Assembly (NCBI GenBank): GCA_964016885.1
Contig: OZ024741.1
Location: forward strand, 111,042,001-111,106,000
DNA: 64,000 nucleotides
Source: Eledone cirrhosa
Lineage: Eukaryota
Direction: 5' to 3'
The notes below the pieces were generated by a model, which was not told the DNA's origin, did not search any database, and saw only the letters and a list, made by a program, of their open reading frames with translations. Shown piece after piece: positions 13,121 through 25,095 of the stretch (the first letter of the stretch is position 1; each line of letters begins with the position of its first letter). Made by a program: the position numbers and the translations under genes.

Positions 13121-13528
13121 CTAGCAGAAAAACCACCCTTTGAGTGGTTTTCTGCTAGCATGTGTAGTGTGTATATTGATATTATACGCAAGTATATATA
13201 CATGTAGATATGATACGTCAAATAAAATCGTAATTGACAATATACACAGAAATTGAAGAGAGACTGTGTTACACTCTCTTATGTAATCAGTAACATAATC
13301 CATAATACATTAAAAAAAAAGACGATATTATATATAAACTGCATTAGGAGAAAATTAGTGACAGAAAATTAATATGTTTATTTAAGTGATCACCACCGGA
13401 AGTGTTGACATTTGAAAATTTTAAAGAGGTGAATCTTTAAATAAATAATAAAATATATTTAATGACCAGCCACGAAATTTAGTAGATAAATTATGTAATA
13501 TTCATTCATTATTTATATGTTAATATGA
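13121..13528 (-). mobile_element. Non-autonomous Helitron sharing its 3' end with the RepHel element
   Basis: Terminal hairpin ctagcagaaaaaccaccctttgagtggttttctgctag ending CTAG|T on the minus strand; adjacent ~190 bp homologous to about 8450-8625. Distal boundary approximate. Confidence 0.75.
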
Positions 13529-13994
13529 CGGCCCTATGACTCCCCCAGGAGTTATGGGATCATGCATTAACTATTAAATTTATTAATTGCTATTTACTAA
13601 ACTTTAGACTTTAGACTTTACTGGGGAGGCTTAACAAGGAGATTCTTCTGTAATTGGAACAATTTCTCTTGTCTTCCTTTTTGAAAATTGAGATTATCAC
13701 ACCCGATTGCTATTGCTTAGGTGCCTTTCAAGAGATCCAGACCACCCAGCCAGAGAATACCTTCTCTAAGACTTTTAACATCTTGGGCCAGATTTCTCAT
13801 GTGATAAATTGCCTATAGTGTTCAAATCATTTTGATAATAATTAAGAATTTGGAGAGATTGAGTAATATAACTAACTTTCTAACTATTAAGCTAATGCCT
13901 GTAACATAACTTAATAAAAGTTATTACATAAAATTATGATATAAGATTTTTAAATAAATATAAACATTTAAAAATAAACAGCTTTTTATTATAG

Positions 13995-15848
13995 TAAAGA
14001 AAAGTGATGTTTCTCTTTGTCGAATAAATAAATGCACAATCAAGTCTAACAATCATTTTATTTAATGCAATAATTTAGTAAATTTCCTACAACGTCAATA
14101 TTTTGAGGAGCGGGTCTTTCCACGTCTGTTCATGTCCGTGGTCCAGAAAGAGTGTGTGAACCTGTGGCTGTGTCCGGGTGTATTTTTGCCTCCCTTCCCT
14201 GAAGGGTTGTTAAGGGGAGGCAACTGCTAGCTACCAAGCGACCATCTCAGCCACTACATTCACCTCGGAGCAGATTTTTTGTCGCAAAATCGATAACAAT
14301 GAAGCGAAGGTAGTTTACAAAATGTAGAAGAATGTATCAACAAAAAAAAACAAAAACGTACAGTAAAAGATGCAAAATGCATGAAAAGATAACACTCTTC
14401 GCAATAAAGGGGCCCCAGATGCGATAAACAAGAAAAAAAATGTTTTGCTAGGCAATGAAAATGCCATATGTAGCATAGTTATAAAAATGCACTAAAAAAA
14501 AGGGACTGTGTCAGAATTGACAACAGTCGTAATGTTACGCAAAATATAATATATTGACACTGCCGTAGGCAGTCAAGAATCCATAAGTAACAAAATGCAA
14601 TGTACAACAAAAACAATTGGAAGGAAAAAAATAACAAAACAAAACAAAAAAAAAAATATATATATAATTCAGTTTATATTACTGCATAGCTTACGGGGCC
14701 AATGCACCCTTCGCCCAGAACGGGTCGTAGTTCTGTGTGCTGATGGTGGGGGAGGGGAAGAAATAGGCCTGTGTGGCAAAGAAAAAGAAGGGGGCATTTG
14801 AGTTTCAAGTGTCATTGTGTCATTGTCCAGGTTTGCTCGTTTGAGACGATCAACGGAAACCGTTTCCCTGGAACCCCGAATGTCCAGTGTGAAATGTTTG
14901 TCTGTGCGAGCAAGCACACGATAGGGTCCAGAGTACGGCCGTTGAAGAGGGGGTCTCACGGCGTCGTCTCTAACGAACACATGGGTCCACAAGGCAATAT
15001 CCCTTGGGACGGCAGTTTTTACAGTCTGCTTCCTAGTGCCCATCGGTGGTAGATCCTTGAAATAAGAGTGAAGCCGGGACACGTAGGAAGCGGGGTCCTG
15101 CGAAGTCAGGTCAAAAGGGGCCAGCATTTGCCCCGGTAACGCCAGAGGCGTACCATAAACTAATTCGGCAGAGGAGAACCCAAGGTCCACCTTTACCGTC
15201 GACCGAATACCCAACAATACAATGGGTAGGTACTCGCTCCAACGTGAAGAGTCCATGGAAGCCCTTAAGGAGGCTTTGAGCTGCCTGTGGAATCTTTCCA
15301 CCATTCCGTTTGAAGCTGGGTGGTATTTTTGCCTCCCTTCCCTGAAGGGTTGTTAAGGGGAGGCAACTGCTAGCTACCAAGCGACCATCTCAGCCACTAC
15401 ATTCAGGTGTTGTATTTTTGTGTTTGTCTGTATGCGTGCTATAACAAATGGAATATAATGAATTTTATGGACTTACGCTAAGTGATTCGGACATTCCAAA
15501 TGTTAAGCCATTCCACATTGCCGTTAAAAAGAAATTCATACTCCAATAGGCTGCGTTTTCATTCTTTATCGTCAGGGTCGCCAATAAAGAAAAGTGATGT
15601 TTCTCTTTGTCGAATAAATAAATGCACAATCAAGTCTAACAATCATTTTATTTAATGCAATAATTTAGTAAATTTCCTACAACGTCAATATTTTGAGGAG
15701 CGGGTCTTTCCACGTCTGCTCATGTCCGTGGTCCAAAAAGAGTGTGTGAACCTGTGGCTGTGTCCGGGTGTATTTTTGCCTCCCTTCCCTGAAGGGTTGT
15801 TAAGGGGAGGCAACTGCTAGCTACCAAGCGACCATCTCAGCCACTACA
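13995..15848 (-). mobile_element. Internally deleted Gypsy/Ty3 LTR retrotransposon
   Basis: 264-bp LTRs at 13995-14258 and 15585-15848 (I see two substitutions), ATAG TSD on both sides, and PBS TGGCGACCCTGACG (tRNA-Trp-like) next to the 5' LTR. Confidence 0.92.
14669..15325 (-). pseudogene. Gypsy integrase C-terminal half
   Basis: YHPASNGMVERFHRQLK, WSEYLPIVLLGIRS, PYSGPYRVL (GPY/F), VSVDRLK and TRSGRRV. Confidence 0.92.
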
Positions 15849-17009
15849 ATAGAATCAGAGGCAGTTTCAGTTGGTTTCGTTAGGCACAAGGTTATAAATG
15901 TTTTGCTTGGTATCAAGATGAGATTTTACAACAGCAATGTGTTTTCAACACCTGTACAGGTGTGAAACATGGAGTGTGAGGACTAGCCAAGAGAACCAAT
16001 TTGATGCTTTTGACAACAAATGCCTATGAAATATTTTTGGCATCAGGTGAAATAACTTCATCACCAACAACATGTGTCTAACATCATGTGCAAGTATCGG
16101 CTTGGCTGCTTGGGACACATCACACGACTCTCAAGTGAAAGACAGGTCCTATATTGGTATCTCCATGGAAATAGGTGAAGAGGACGTCCCAAGATGAACA
16201 GCAGACAATCGACAGGGACCTGAAACCCGTCAACAAAAATTAGAACGATGTATTGATAGATGCAACTGACTGTGGTCATTGGAGCACATCTCAAGATGCG
16301 GCAGGTTCTATGTCTAAGTTGGGGGCAATTCGATTAAATTTACTTCAGTACTTGGCTGGTACTTTATTTTATCAGTAACTCACTGGGGTCGATTTAATCG
16401 ACTTTCTCCTTCCCTTCAAATTGATGCCATTGTGAAAAAAGTGGAAACAATCATTATTGCAAACGTTTTCAAAGGCAGTGGATTGATAGAATTATTAGAG
16501 CAGTGGGCTGCAATAATAACAATAGCTGTAACAAGTTATTCACTGTGTCTGAAAAGCATTTTACAAATATTTCAAGTTTTTTAACCACCATTAAGTAGAA
16601 AGGTGGCAGGGACTTTGAAGTTCTAGCTTAGTTGCTTCATCTTCTGACAGTAAATTATATTGGAAGATGAAGACGTAACCAACATGTATAGTGTATATAG
16701 ATATATACTGAAGAAGAAGAAGAAGAAAAAGCAGCAGCAGCAACAGAAGAGTAAGAAGATACTAGTAGCAAACAATTTTTAGATATTTTCCGCTAAATCA
16801 TTACAGGATGTTAAGAGTTAAAATGGATGGTTTGTTTTATAGACATCTGAATGAATGGTTAAAATATACTGATAAACTATCACTCAGAGAAGCAATGTCA
16901 GTCTTCATTATCCAATGTATCCTTATTTAAAGCCGGCAGTGTCATTTTAAAGGTGAGCTGGCTGCTATTTCTAGCATATCGAGTGACTATATAGAGGCCC
17001 CCTGGTTGG

Positions 17010-17345
17010 TTTGCATCATCAACACCACTACAACCGTCGCCACAACCATCATCATCATCACCATCACTACCACCACCATCATCATCATCATCATCACTAC
17101 CATTACAACTACCATCAGCACCCTCATCACTACCACCACCATCCCCATCGTTAATACAACCATCCTCATCAACAACAATAACAGCAGCAGCAACAGTTGA
17201 AACAACTATATAAGCAACATACAAAGCGACATCAGCTGTCATCGTGTGAGTAGATTTGAAAAAAAAAAGACAAAAATCTTCGCTCCCCACAACAAACCAC
17301 TACACTCTATCATCACCGCCGCCGCCACCATCAACACCAACAACG
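17010..17345. repeat. (CAT/CAC/AAC)n low-complexity trinucleotide tract
   Basis: Directly visible; produces the D/G-rich and T/I-rich spurious ORFs. Confidence 0.85.
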
Positions 17346-17799
17346 TTTATATCAGCAGCATCGACAGTAACATTAACATTTTCCTTAACCGCAGTAGTGT
17401 AGGTTAAAAAGAAAAGCAACACACTTCCTGAATATCACCAATATTGTTGTAGACATATATACGGATACTAAGGGGCTATTTAGAGCAAATAGATCGGTGA
17501 GTAAAAACAAATACTATTGGTAATTCACATTTTATTGACCCAATGTTTGTTGTTAATGATGAATGAAAGGACATGGAGTCAGGTCACTTTTTTCTTCTCT
17601 CTCTCTCTCATCCTTCCCTTCTTTATTTCCCGGCCTTCGTTTTATCCATTTACCTCCCTATCGGAATATATTTATATTAATTAACTGCCTAGTCATGTAT
17701 CTATTAACAATGATGATAGGCAGAGATAAGTTAGCTATTCCTGGGGGACAATGGTGTTCAACCATATCGTGAATTCGGTTCCTAGTTAGAACTATCATC

Positions 17800-17975
17800 G
17801 ATTGGCAGTATCGGTAGAGTATCGGGCGCCAGCATAGTTACATATCTTTACGGTCTGAGTTCAAATCCCGCCGAGGTTCACTTTGCCTTTCATCCTTACG
17901 CTGTCGATAAAATAGAGTACCAGCAATGTACTGAGTAATTGCTGGCCTTGTGCCAAAAATAGAAATAGTTATTAA
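17800..17975 (+). mobile_element. tRNA-derived Meta-domain SINE
   Basis: A-box-like ttggcagtatcggtag, B-box gagttcaaatccc, central gcctttcatcctt...gtcgataaaatagagtaccag. Confidence 0.8.
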
Positions 17976-18779
17976 TTACACAATAAGGCTTGGGGATTGT
18001 GTCACATTCCCTCTTAACTCATTCAAAATTTCAGGCTCTCCGATTATGATGTCAACGATAACGACGATAATGTTTTCTAACATACGACCAGAAATTTAGT
18101 GGGATAAGATCATTCAATCACATAGTCCTCCAGTGTTTTGACTAGTACATTTTTCGACACTTGAAAACTGAAAAACAAAGTTGATTCCGGCGGTATTTGA
18201 ATTCAGTAACATAAAGGGCCAATATACTTTTTTTGTTGTAAATTTCAACGTGTGTGTGAGAGAGACAGAGTGGGGGAAGAGATGAGGGGAAAGAGAGGGA
18301 TAGAAAAGCGAGATAGCCGAATTGTTATTTAGCCCCAGATCGTCTCAAAGATAGGTCAGCTGTGATCCATACCGTCTTTTAACGGGTATCGTGTATCCTT
18401 ACCTTTTTCAAGGCGGTAGACGGCTGTTTCTAGCAGGTCGAGCGACCTTGGTGGATAAGGTATGTAGACTACCTGCTCACGGTTATAAATCCATATCTGT
18501 TGTTTGCATTTAGTTGTATTTCTTTACATAGCTGTTGCAAATCTAGGATTATTCAACTTCAGACGAGGGTACACAAATCGCCTTTCTCTGTTTTATCAGT
18601 CGGTCAGCCAGTACTTTAACGCTAGAATATTTTAAGTGCATTGATGCACTTTGGCGTCGGCGTGACACGAAACAGTTGTTGGCGATATCCTATTTTAGCT
18701 GCCTAAATGCCGCTTACTTGCTGCAGTTGCTGCTTACTTCAATGTATGAGGCTATTCCAACACTCCCCCTTTTTTTAGC

Positions 18780-19260
18780 CGTTAAAAGAAATATAGATTT
18801 ATTTATTTTTTTTTTTGCGATTTATTTGCCACTGGGGCATATATTTCTTTATTTGCCCCTTTTTTGTTTGTTTGTTTGTTTTTTTTGCGATTTATTAGCC
18901 TTTTGGGGTCACACACACACCCGTAGAAAGTGTGCGACCTTTCTGCCAGAGAGCACAGAGAGAGGGGTGTGCTCCCTTCTTCTCTTACCTGTACAAGCCG
19001 ATATAGAGAGATGGCCCACGGCCATTATTGCTACTTTCATCCATCTTTCATGGAATTGGCTGGGACTGAGTGCCTTTTTCTCCACCTTGATCCTTCTTTC
19101 GAAGTGGTATCGGAAGAAGAGGACCATTTGTTGGCCGGCGACATATTCCCACAGTTTCCTCGTTGCAAACGCATCTGGGACATTTCTTTTCCAAGGGGTT
19201 TCCGTCCCGGAATCCGTGTCTGTAGAGCCTTTCCCGAACGGGCAGGGCCCCTCGGTATAA
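18780..19260 (-). mobile_element. L1/Tx1-like LINE 3' fragment
   Basis: YRGALPVRERL...KCPRC...EETVE Cys-knuckle remnant and a FFRYHFERRIKVEKKALSPSQFHERW terminus, followed by an A-rich tail. Family assigned from memory. Confidence 0.55.
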
Positions 19261-19311
19261 TAGTAAGTATTAGTGGTTGTAATAAAAATGCAATCAAAAT
19301 GTAATAAATAC

Positions 19312-19447
19312 CTTCACTGATTTCTTTCCTTATATTATCAACAGAAGTTGGTATGTCACCCAAAGTGCGCTTTGTATGTTCCCGAATAGCAGTGAATTTT
19401 GATAAAACTGTTTCTAATTCCTTCTCCACAGTAAGACAAATATCCAT
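19312..19447 (-). CDS. RMND5: First coding exon of an RMND5-like gene (GID/CTLH E3 ligase RING subunit)
   Basis: MDICLTVEKELETVLSKF resembles the RMND5A N-terminus MDQCVTVERELEKVLHKF. Similarity ends at a phase-1 donor GAAG|GTATTT. No downstream exons recognised in the window. Confidence 0.75.
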
Positions 19448-19560
19448 GTGTAGTTGAAGAGGATAAGTATGAAAGAACAGTCATTTAAATTTACAGATGG
19501 ACAGATGTTTGAGATATATAGAAAAATAATTATTTACAGAAAAAGAAAATAATAATAAAG

Positions 19561-19718
19561 AATTATTATAATTTTTTTAAAGATTTATATCTTTTTGGAC
19601 TACACATGGATATTTGTCTATAAGTAGCCGGCATCCTCAATTATTATAATTTTTTTAAAGATTTATATCTTTTTGGACTACACATGGATATTTGTCAATA
19701 AGTAGCCGGCATCCTCAA
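19561..19718. repeat. About 78-bp tandem duplication upstream of the RMND5 exon
   Basis: aattattataattt...aagtagccggcatcctc occurs twice. Confidence 0.9.
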
Positions 19719-20083
19719 CAACTCAGAAAATATCAACAAAACGATGAGGACACCTTCGTGCTTAATTGATACTTAATTTTGTTGATCTCGGAAGGATGAC
19801 AAGCAAAGGTAATTATTTTATCGTACAGATAAACAACAAAATCGACCCCGGCGTGATTTTATCATACAGATAAACAACAAAATCGATCTCGGCGTGATTT
19901 TAACTCGAACATTCAATACTGAATTAGATACAGTAAAAGGTATCCAAAGATGTACTGCTTTTATTTATATTAAACGGATTATAATTTTGTAAACAAACGA
20001 ATATATATATATATATATTTTTTTTGTATTCGTAGTTTTATGCCAATATATGCGATAGTATAGACATTTTAGTTTCTATTTCT

Positions 20084-21136
20084 GGCACTACAACGGAATT
20101 GGCTGTCAGAAGTGAAAGTAGAAGAATGTGACGTCATTCGTCAACCTTCTCAATCGTCAAACCTTCGTTTATTTCCGTATCACCACCACCACCACCATGT
20201 GTAAATAAATAAACTTTGAAAACACCACGTTGATGCATAGTCATAGTTATCAAATTAGAAAACAAATGAAGTTCATGGGGTCGACACTACCGACTTTCTT
20301 TAAAAAAAAACAATTTAACGCGGGTAACTACAAGATAACCTTGTTTTGTAATACTGGCAGAAATTGAAGAAAATTTTCCCCATTGAGATTCTTAGCGGGT
20401 AAAAATTATTTATGGATGGTTGATACTCAGCTGCCACGAACACAGAAAGAAAGGAATTAGTATATAAAGTCCTTGACGATTGCTTGTGCTTTCGAAATAT
20501 TTTAAATTCTCTATATAATTTCCTTTTTATCACGTCCGAAGCAGTAATGCTTTGAATATTTCAATAAATATTAACGAGTTACTCCCGTTTTCGTTCTTTC
20601 TTTCTTTAATGTGGTAGAGGGTATAAGATTGCCTGCTATTTCTAGCAACTTCAATGACCACATAATTGGTTTGTAATTTTGTTTTAAAGTGTAAGAGTTT
20701 ACACAGCCATTTATGAATTCCTAAGAGATACGTTTACGATGAGATACACTTATTGAAAATACTTTCATTGCATAGTTCCGTTCGTAAAGGCTTTAATTTA
20801 CTGTACTACTCGGGAACTTTTTAATAACGTACAGGATTAAGTCCATGTTTTTTCAACCAATTAATGGTATCTGTTGTAGTAGTGGTAGCGATGGAAATAT
20901 CGCGATGATTAATTCCATTTACGCTGGGGTATAATGTAGAATTCATATTTTTCAAGTTGCAAATAGGTGTATTATCCCAAAGTGAAAAAACAAGTTTAGC
21001 ATCAACGTGGTGATTTCAAAGTTTATTTATTTACACATGGTGGTGATACGGAAATAAACGAAGGTTGACGAATGACGTCAGATTGACGTCACATTCTTCT
21101 ACTTTCACTTCTGACAGCCAATTCCGTTGTAGTGCC
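20084..21136. mobile_element. Non-autonomous TIR DNA transposon, about 140-150-bp TIRs, 8-bp TSD (Merlin-like or MULE-like)
   Basis: TIRs begin GGCACTACAACGGAATTGGCTGTCAGAAG (20084-20237 and 20999-21136). TSD CTATTTCT at 20076-20083 and 21137-21144. Confidence 0.88.
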
Positions 21137-21560
21137 CTATTTCTAGATATATGCACGTATATATATATTTTGCTGAAGACCCGGGATTTGACTACTGTGA
21201 TTTACCGATTGATGGTGAAAAAAATTTCTTTATTTAATGAAATATATACAAAGGAGATTGATTATTCATTTTAAAAGGTATCTATATTTGAAGTTCTAGT
21301 TAAACTTTAATTAGTTACCTACCTAGCTGTGTGTGATTACACTCCTTACAAATTATCACCTGTGATTGTTTCATATGTTTATTTTATATATATATATATA
21401 TATATTTTTAAATTTATCTCATTCCTTGTATTTTGATCATGCTTTATTTTTATTTTTATCTTTATTTGTTATTTTTTCATTCGCACCGTTTCCTTTCGCT
21501 ATATGTCTCTCCACCACTCCCCTACACACCTTTTGAACTCTGTTCCCACACACTTCTCAC

Positions 21561-21591
21561 CTGAGGAAGGGCTTATGCCCGAAACGTCGTC
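21561..21591 (+). ncRNA. Hammerhead ribozyme core in a probable solo Penelope pseudo-LTR (about 21408-21680)
   Basis: CTGAGGA-a-GGGC-ttat-GCCC-GAAA-C-gtc-G-TC; stem I not evident. Confidence 0.55.
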
Positions 21592-21678
21592 CCCCACCTA
21601 CACCCCACTCTCCTGAGCGTGAAATTAATAAACATTTATTGAACTGCCTCTCTGTTTTGTCCCTGTTCAAATTTTTCC

Positions 21679-21716
<38 letters not shown>

Positions 21717-21747
21717 AAACCAAAGAACGCTTACATACTCAAACAGT

Positions 21748-21808
21748 TTTTATTTGCTTACAGTGTTTCATCCATACCGTTGGGTAGGAATCATCAGAGC
21801 CTAATAAA
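21748..21808 (-). ncRNA. Type I hammerhead ribozyme candidate
   Basis: Minus strand: tttattaggct-CTGATGA-ttcctacccaacggtatggat-GAAA-C-act-G-TA-agcaaataaa, with partially paired stems I and II. Confidence 0.7.
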
Positions 21809-23334
21809 CAGTGCTGAGTATAAGCTCTACCAAGCCTAGTCACACGAACAATCGGAATACGATAGAGGGTAAAGATAGGGAGATCGGGGATGGCGAATAA
21901 GGAGAGAGTACATGCTGGGGTTGTTAATCACCACAGCTAAATGCTAGGGCACAAGCAGATCCCACAAGATGCAGATACAATTGATGGCACACAAAATCAA
22001 AAAATACAAACAATGGTTAAAATATAATAAAAGAGTAAATGGAGATATATAAAGAGATAAAAAGTGAATAAAAAAGTAAAAGATTAAAAAAAAAATTTAA
22101 AAGGAAAGAAGTGAAAAAAGAAAGAAGAAAAAAGAAAAAAGAAAGAGTTTTAAGCACCTAAAAAAGCCAGAGGAATTTAAGCGCTGGTACCTATATAAGT
22201 GAATAGGATCTCAGTAATTTATAGTTATATAAGCACTAATATGTTCTTAAGGTACACCCAGAAAGACCACAGTAATTAAAATCCCCTCCATGGTATACTG
22301 GTAGGTACTTGAATTACGTAGCCCAAAGGTGTTCCACAAGCATATAGATAGGCAACAGATAAATTCAAGCTATACACAAGCGAAGTGGGGTTATTACAGG
22401 ATAGAGCAGAGTATAACAAGTATATAGACAGGCACCACAAATAAAGCAAGCTATACACAAGCAAAGCGGGGTTACTATAAGATAGAGCTGCAGCAATAGC
22501 CCCACAATATTATTTCAGTTACTGTAAAACCAACTGGCAAAGAGTTACTACACATGTATATTAACCGTATAGGCTAGACCAATCGGCCACATATGTCCCG
22601 ATTGTCTAGGGGTTATATAGAAATAGGATTGTCAGATAACCAATCAGTCTAAATTATACACATATGTAGATCGACACACACACGTAGTAGTAATAAATGT
22701 GTGTCCGTGTTTATAGGCACAGATTGTACATGCATGTTTATATATGTTATATGTGTATGCGATGATATTTTTTTTTTTACGAAATATTTATTTCATTCAT
22801 TTCTTCGATCAACACCTTTATTTTGTTTTACTCCTAAAATAAATCCATGTCGACATGTATAAACCAAAGGTTCTCAACGGGGGGCATATGCAACTCCGGG
22901 GGGGGGGGGGGGCGTTTTGGAGCAAAAGGGCGTCAGGAGGGGGGCACTGGAAGGCTCTTTACTTTGGTAAGTTTTATAAGCCATATTTGTATGTCTCTGA
23001 GACAGCCAGTGTGAATGCATTTGAATGAGCATGCAGACAGCATAACTATGGTCTGAACGCAGCTGTAAGCGGGTATGCAGGCGTGTCTAGACATTAACCG
23101 GCAATTGAGATCTTAAAAATGGAAAAAACCCACAGTCAACTGAGTCAAGGACACTGTGAGCGCAGCCAGTTAGAATCTTGTCTTTCCTTCACCAGTAACA
23201 ATGTATTTCCTGTCTGATATTATTGACTCAACCGTTACGAGTTAACACTATGTAGATTTATTTTATTCCTTATTGTATAAATAATATTACAAACAAAAAA
23301 AAAAGAAAAGAAAAAACACAGAAGCGGGTAGCAC

Positions 23335-23562
23335 ACACATCTAGGACCACATACAACACATAATCAGGTAGTACACACATCTAGGACCACATACAACACA
23401 TAATCAGATAATACACACATCTAGGACCACATACAACACATAAGCAGGTAATACACACATCTAGGACCACATACAACACATAAGCAGGTAATACCCACAT
23501 CTAGGACCACATACAACACACAAGCAGGTAATACATACATCTAGGACTACGTACAACGCACA
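23335..23562. repeat. 40-bp tandem repeat, about 6 copies, inside the hAT element
   Basis: ctaggaccac recurs at 23341, 23381, 23421, 23461 and 23501, with variant ctaggactac at 23541. Confidence 0.95.
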
Positions 23563-24680
23563 TTGTATCGTGCTACACAGACGACAAGAGCAATGGTCGG
23601 CCAACATAAGGGTTTCGTCACTCTTCTGAAGAGAGAAAATCTATCTGTATTTGCTGTTCATTGTGTCATTCATCGACAACACTTGGCTGGGAAGAAACTC
23701 AGTGAGCCGCTGAGCAAGTCCTTGCAGGTGGCCATTGATGTCATCAATTTTATCAAACGCCATTCCCTCAATAAACGAATTTTTCGGTATCTGTGCCAAG
23801 ATAATGACGAAGAATTCGTCAAGTTGCTCCTTCATACTGAAGTGAGGTGGCTTTCAAAGGGAAAGTGCCTTATTCACTTCTTTAAACTGTTCGACTCTAT
23901 CATTGAGTTTCTTCGAGGACGCAACACAGAACTGTACAAGAAAACCCTCGATGTGAGGCAAGACTGCGCCTACCTCGCTAATATCTTTGACAAATGCAAT
24001 AGCGTCATTATGGCTTTGCAGGGAAAGAAGATCACTTTGCTTAAAGCAAGGAATGCTGTGAAAACATTCCTGGACAAATTGAATGTCATCGAAAGGAATC
24101 TTTGTTGACGGGAATTCTATAATTTTCCTAGTGTCGCCAATGTTCAAAACATTGTAAGCGATGACCAACTCCAAATTTATACCGCTCACTTCTGTGCACT
24201 ACAAGACAACATGAGAGAACGGTTTGTTGACCTTTTGCTGATGGACATCCCAATGTGGATAGCAGATCCCTTTATAGCTACCGTCAACGATTTGGACGTT
24301 AAATTTCAGGAAGAATTCATTGAACTTCAAGCAGATGACATGATCAAAATTAGATTTCCCAAAATAGATGAACCCCTTTTTGGATGCAAGAGGAAATTCA
24401 GCGTCGATTTCCACTCCTACAAGCAGAGACTAAGAGATTTGCTCTGCCTTTTCCAAGCTCATACTTAGTTGAGAGGAGGTTTGGTGCTGTTTCCAGACTG
24501 CACAGTAAGTCTTGCAACCAATACAATGTAATTACACATGGAGATCACTGGCTACATCTTACGAAAATTCAGCCTCACGTCAAAGAGTTAGCTAGTGGAG
24601 ATCACTGGCTACATCTTACGAAAATTCAGTCTCACGTCAAAGAGTTAGCTAGACTATGAAGCTCAAGGGTTCCATTGAAA
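23563..24680 (+). pseudogene. Buster-type hAT transposase, N-terminally truncated, with stop and frameshift
   Basis: AMVGQHKGF, VHCVIHRQHL (CxxH), LLLHTEVRWLSKGKCL and PFPSSYLVERRFGAV; 57-bp duplication near the C-terminus. Confidence 0.92.
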
Positions 24681-25095
24681 TGAGGTCAAAGTTAAAGTAA
24701 GTTGATTTATCCGAAAACTTGGATATGCTATTGTTACAAAGCAAACTAGCAAGTTTTTTTATTTGTAGTTGCAGTCTGACTGGCCTGGAAACCATCTACT
24801 ACAATTCAGTTACTCATTTGTTGTATATATTTTACCATATACCCTCTTATATAGACACGAAAACCCTCTTTTATGGTCTCTAAACTCACAAAGCGAAGGG
24901 GACATCAAGTTAGATATCAACATTTATTCTGTCCGTTTCAATAAAGGGAAAATTGAAAAACTTTGAAATGATATAATTGCCACTTTCTTCCAGATAAGAC
25001 CACTCTTTGCATAGACAGAGTTGCTCTTGTATAAATGTTCAAAATAGCTGGTATTGCCTGGTGGGAATATAACAAATTCAACTGGTCCTTCAGCA

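Noticed and set aside
16898-17290. D/G-rich 130-aa membrane protein
   Set aside because: Low-complexity trinucleotide tract fused to a dispersed repeat.
17395-17515. Promoter or first exon of a plus-strand gene (cacttcctg, cg|gtgagt)
   Set aside because: Only short motifs expected by chance; no supporting exons found.
19037-19311. Continuation of the 136-aa ORF as RMND5 coding sequence
   Set aside because: Read-through into intron and an out-of-frame Tx1-like fragment.
21173-21225. Hammerhead from CTGAAGA...GAAA
   Set aside because: No convincing stems I-III, and the core is not present in the related 52-kb copy.
23335-23562. CRISPR-like 40-bp repeats
   Set aside because: No spacers; plain minisatellite inside a hAT element.
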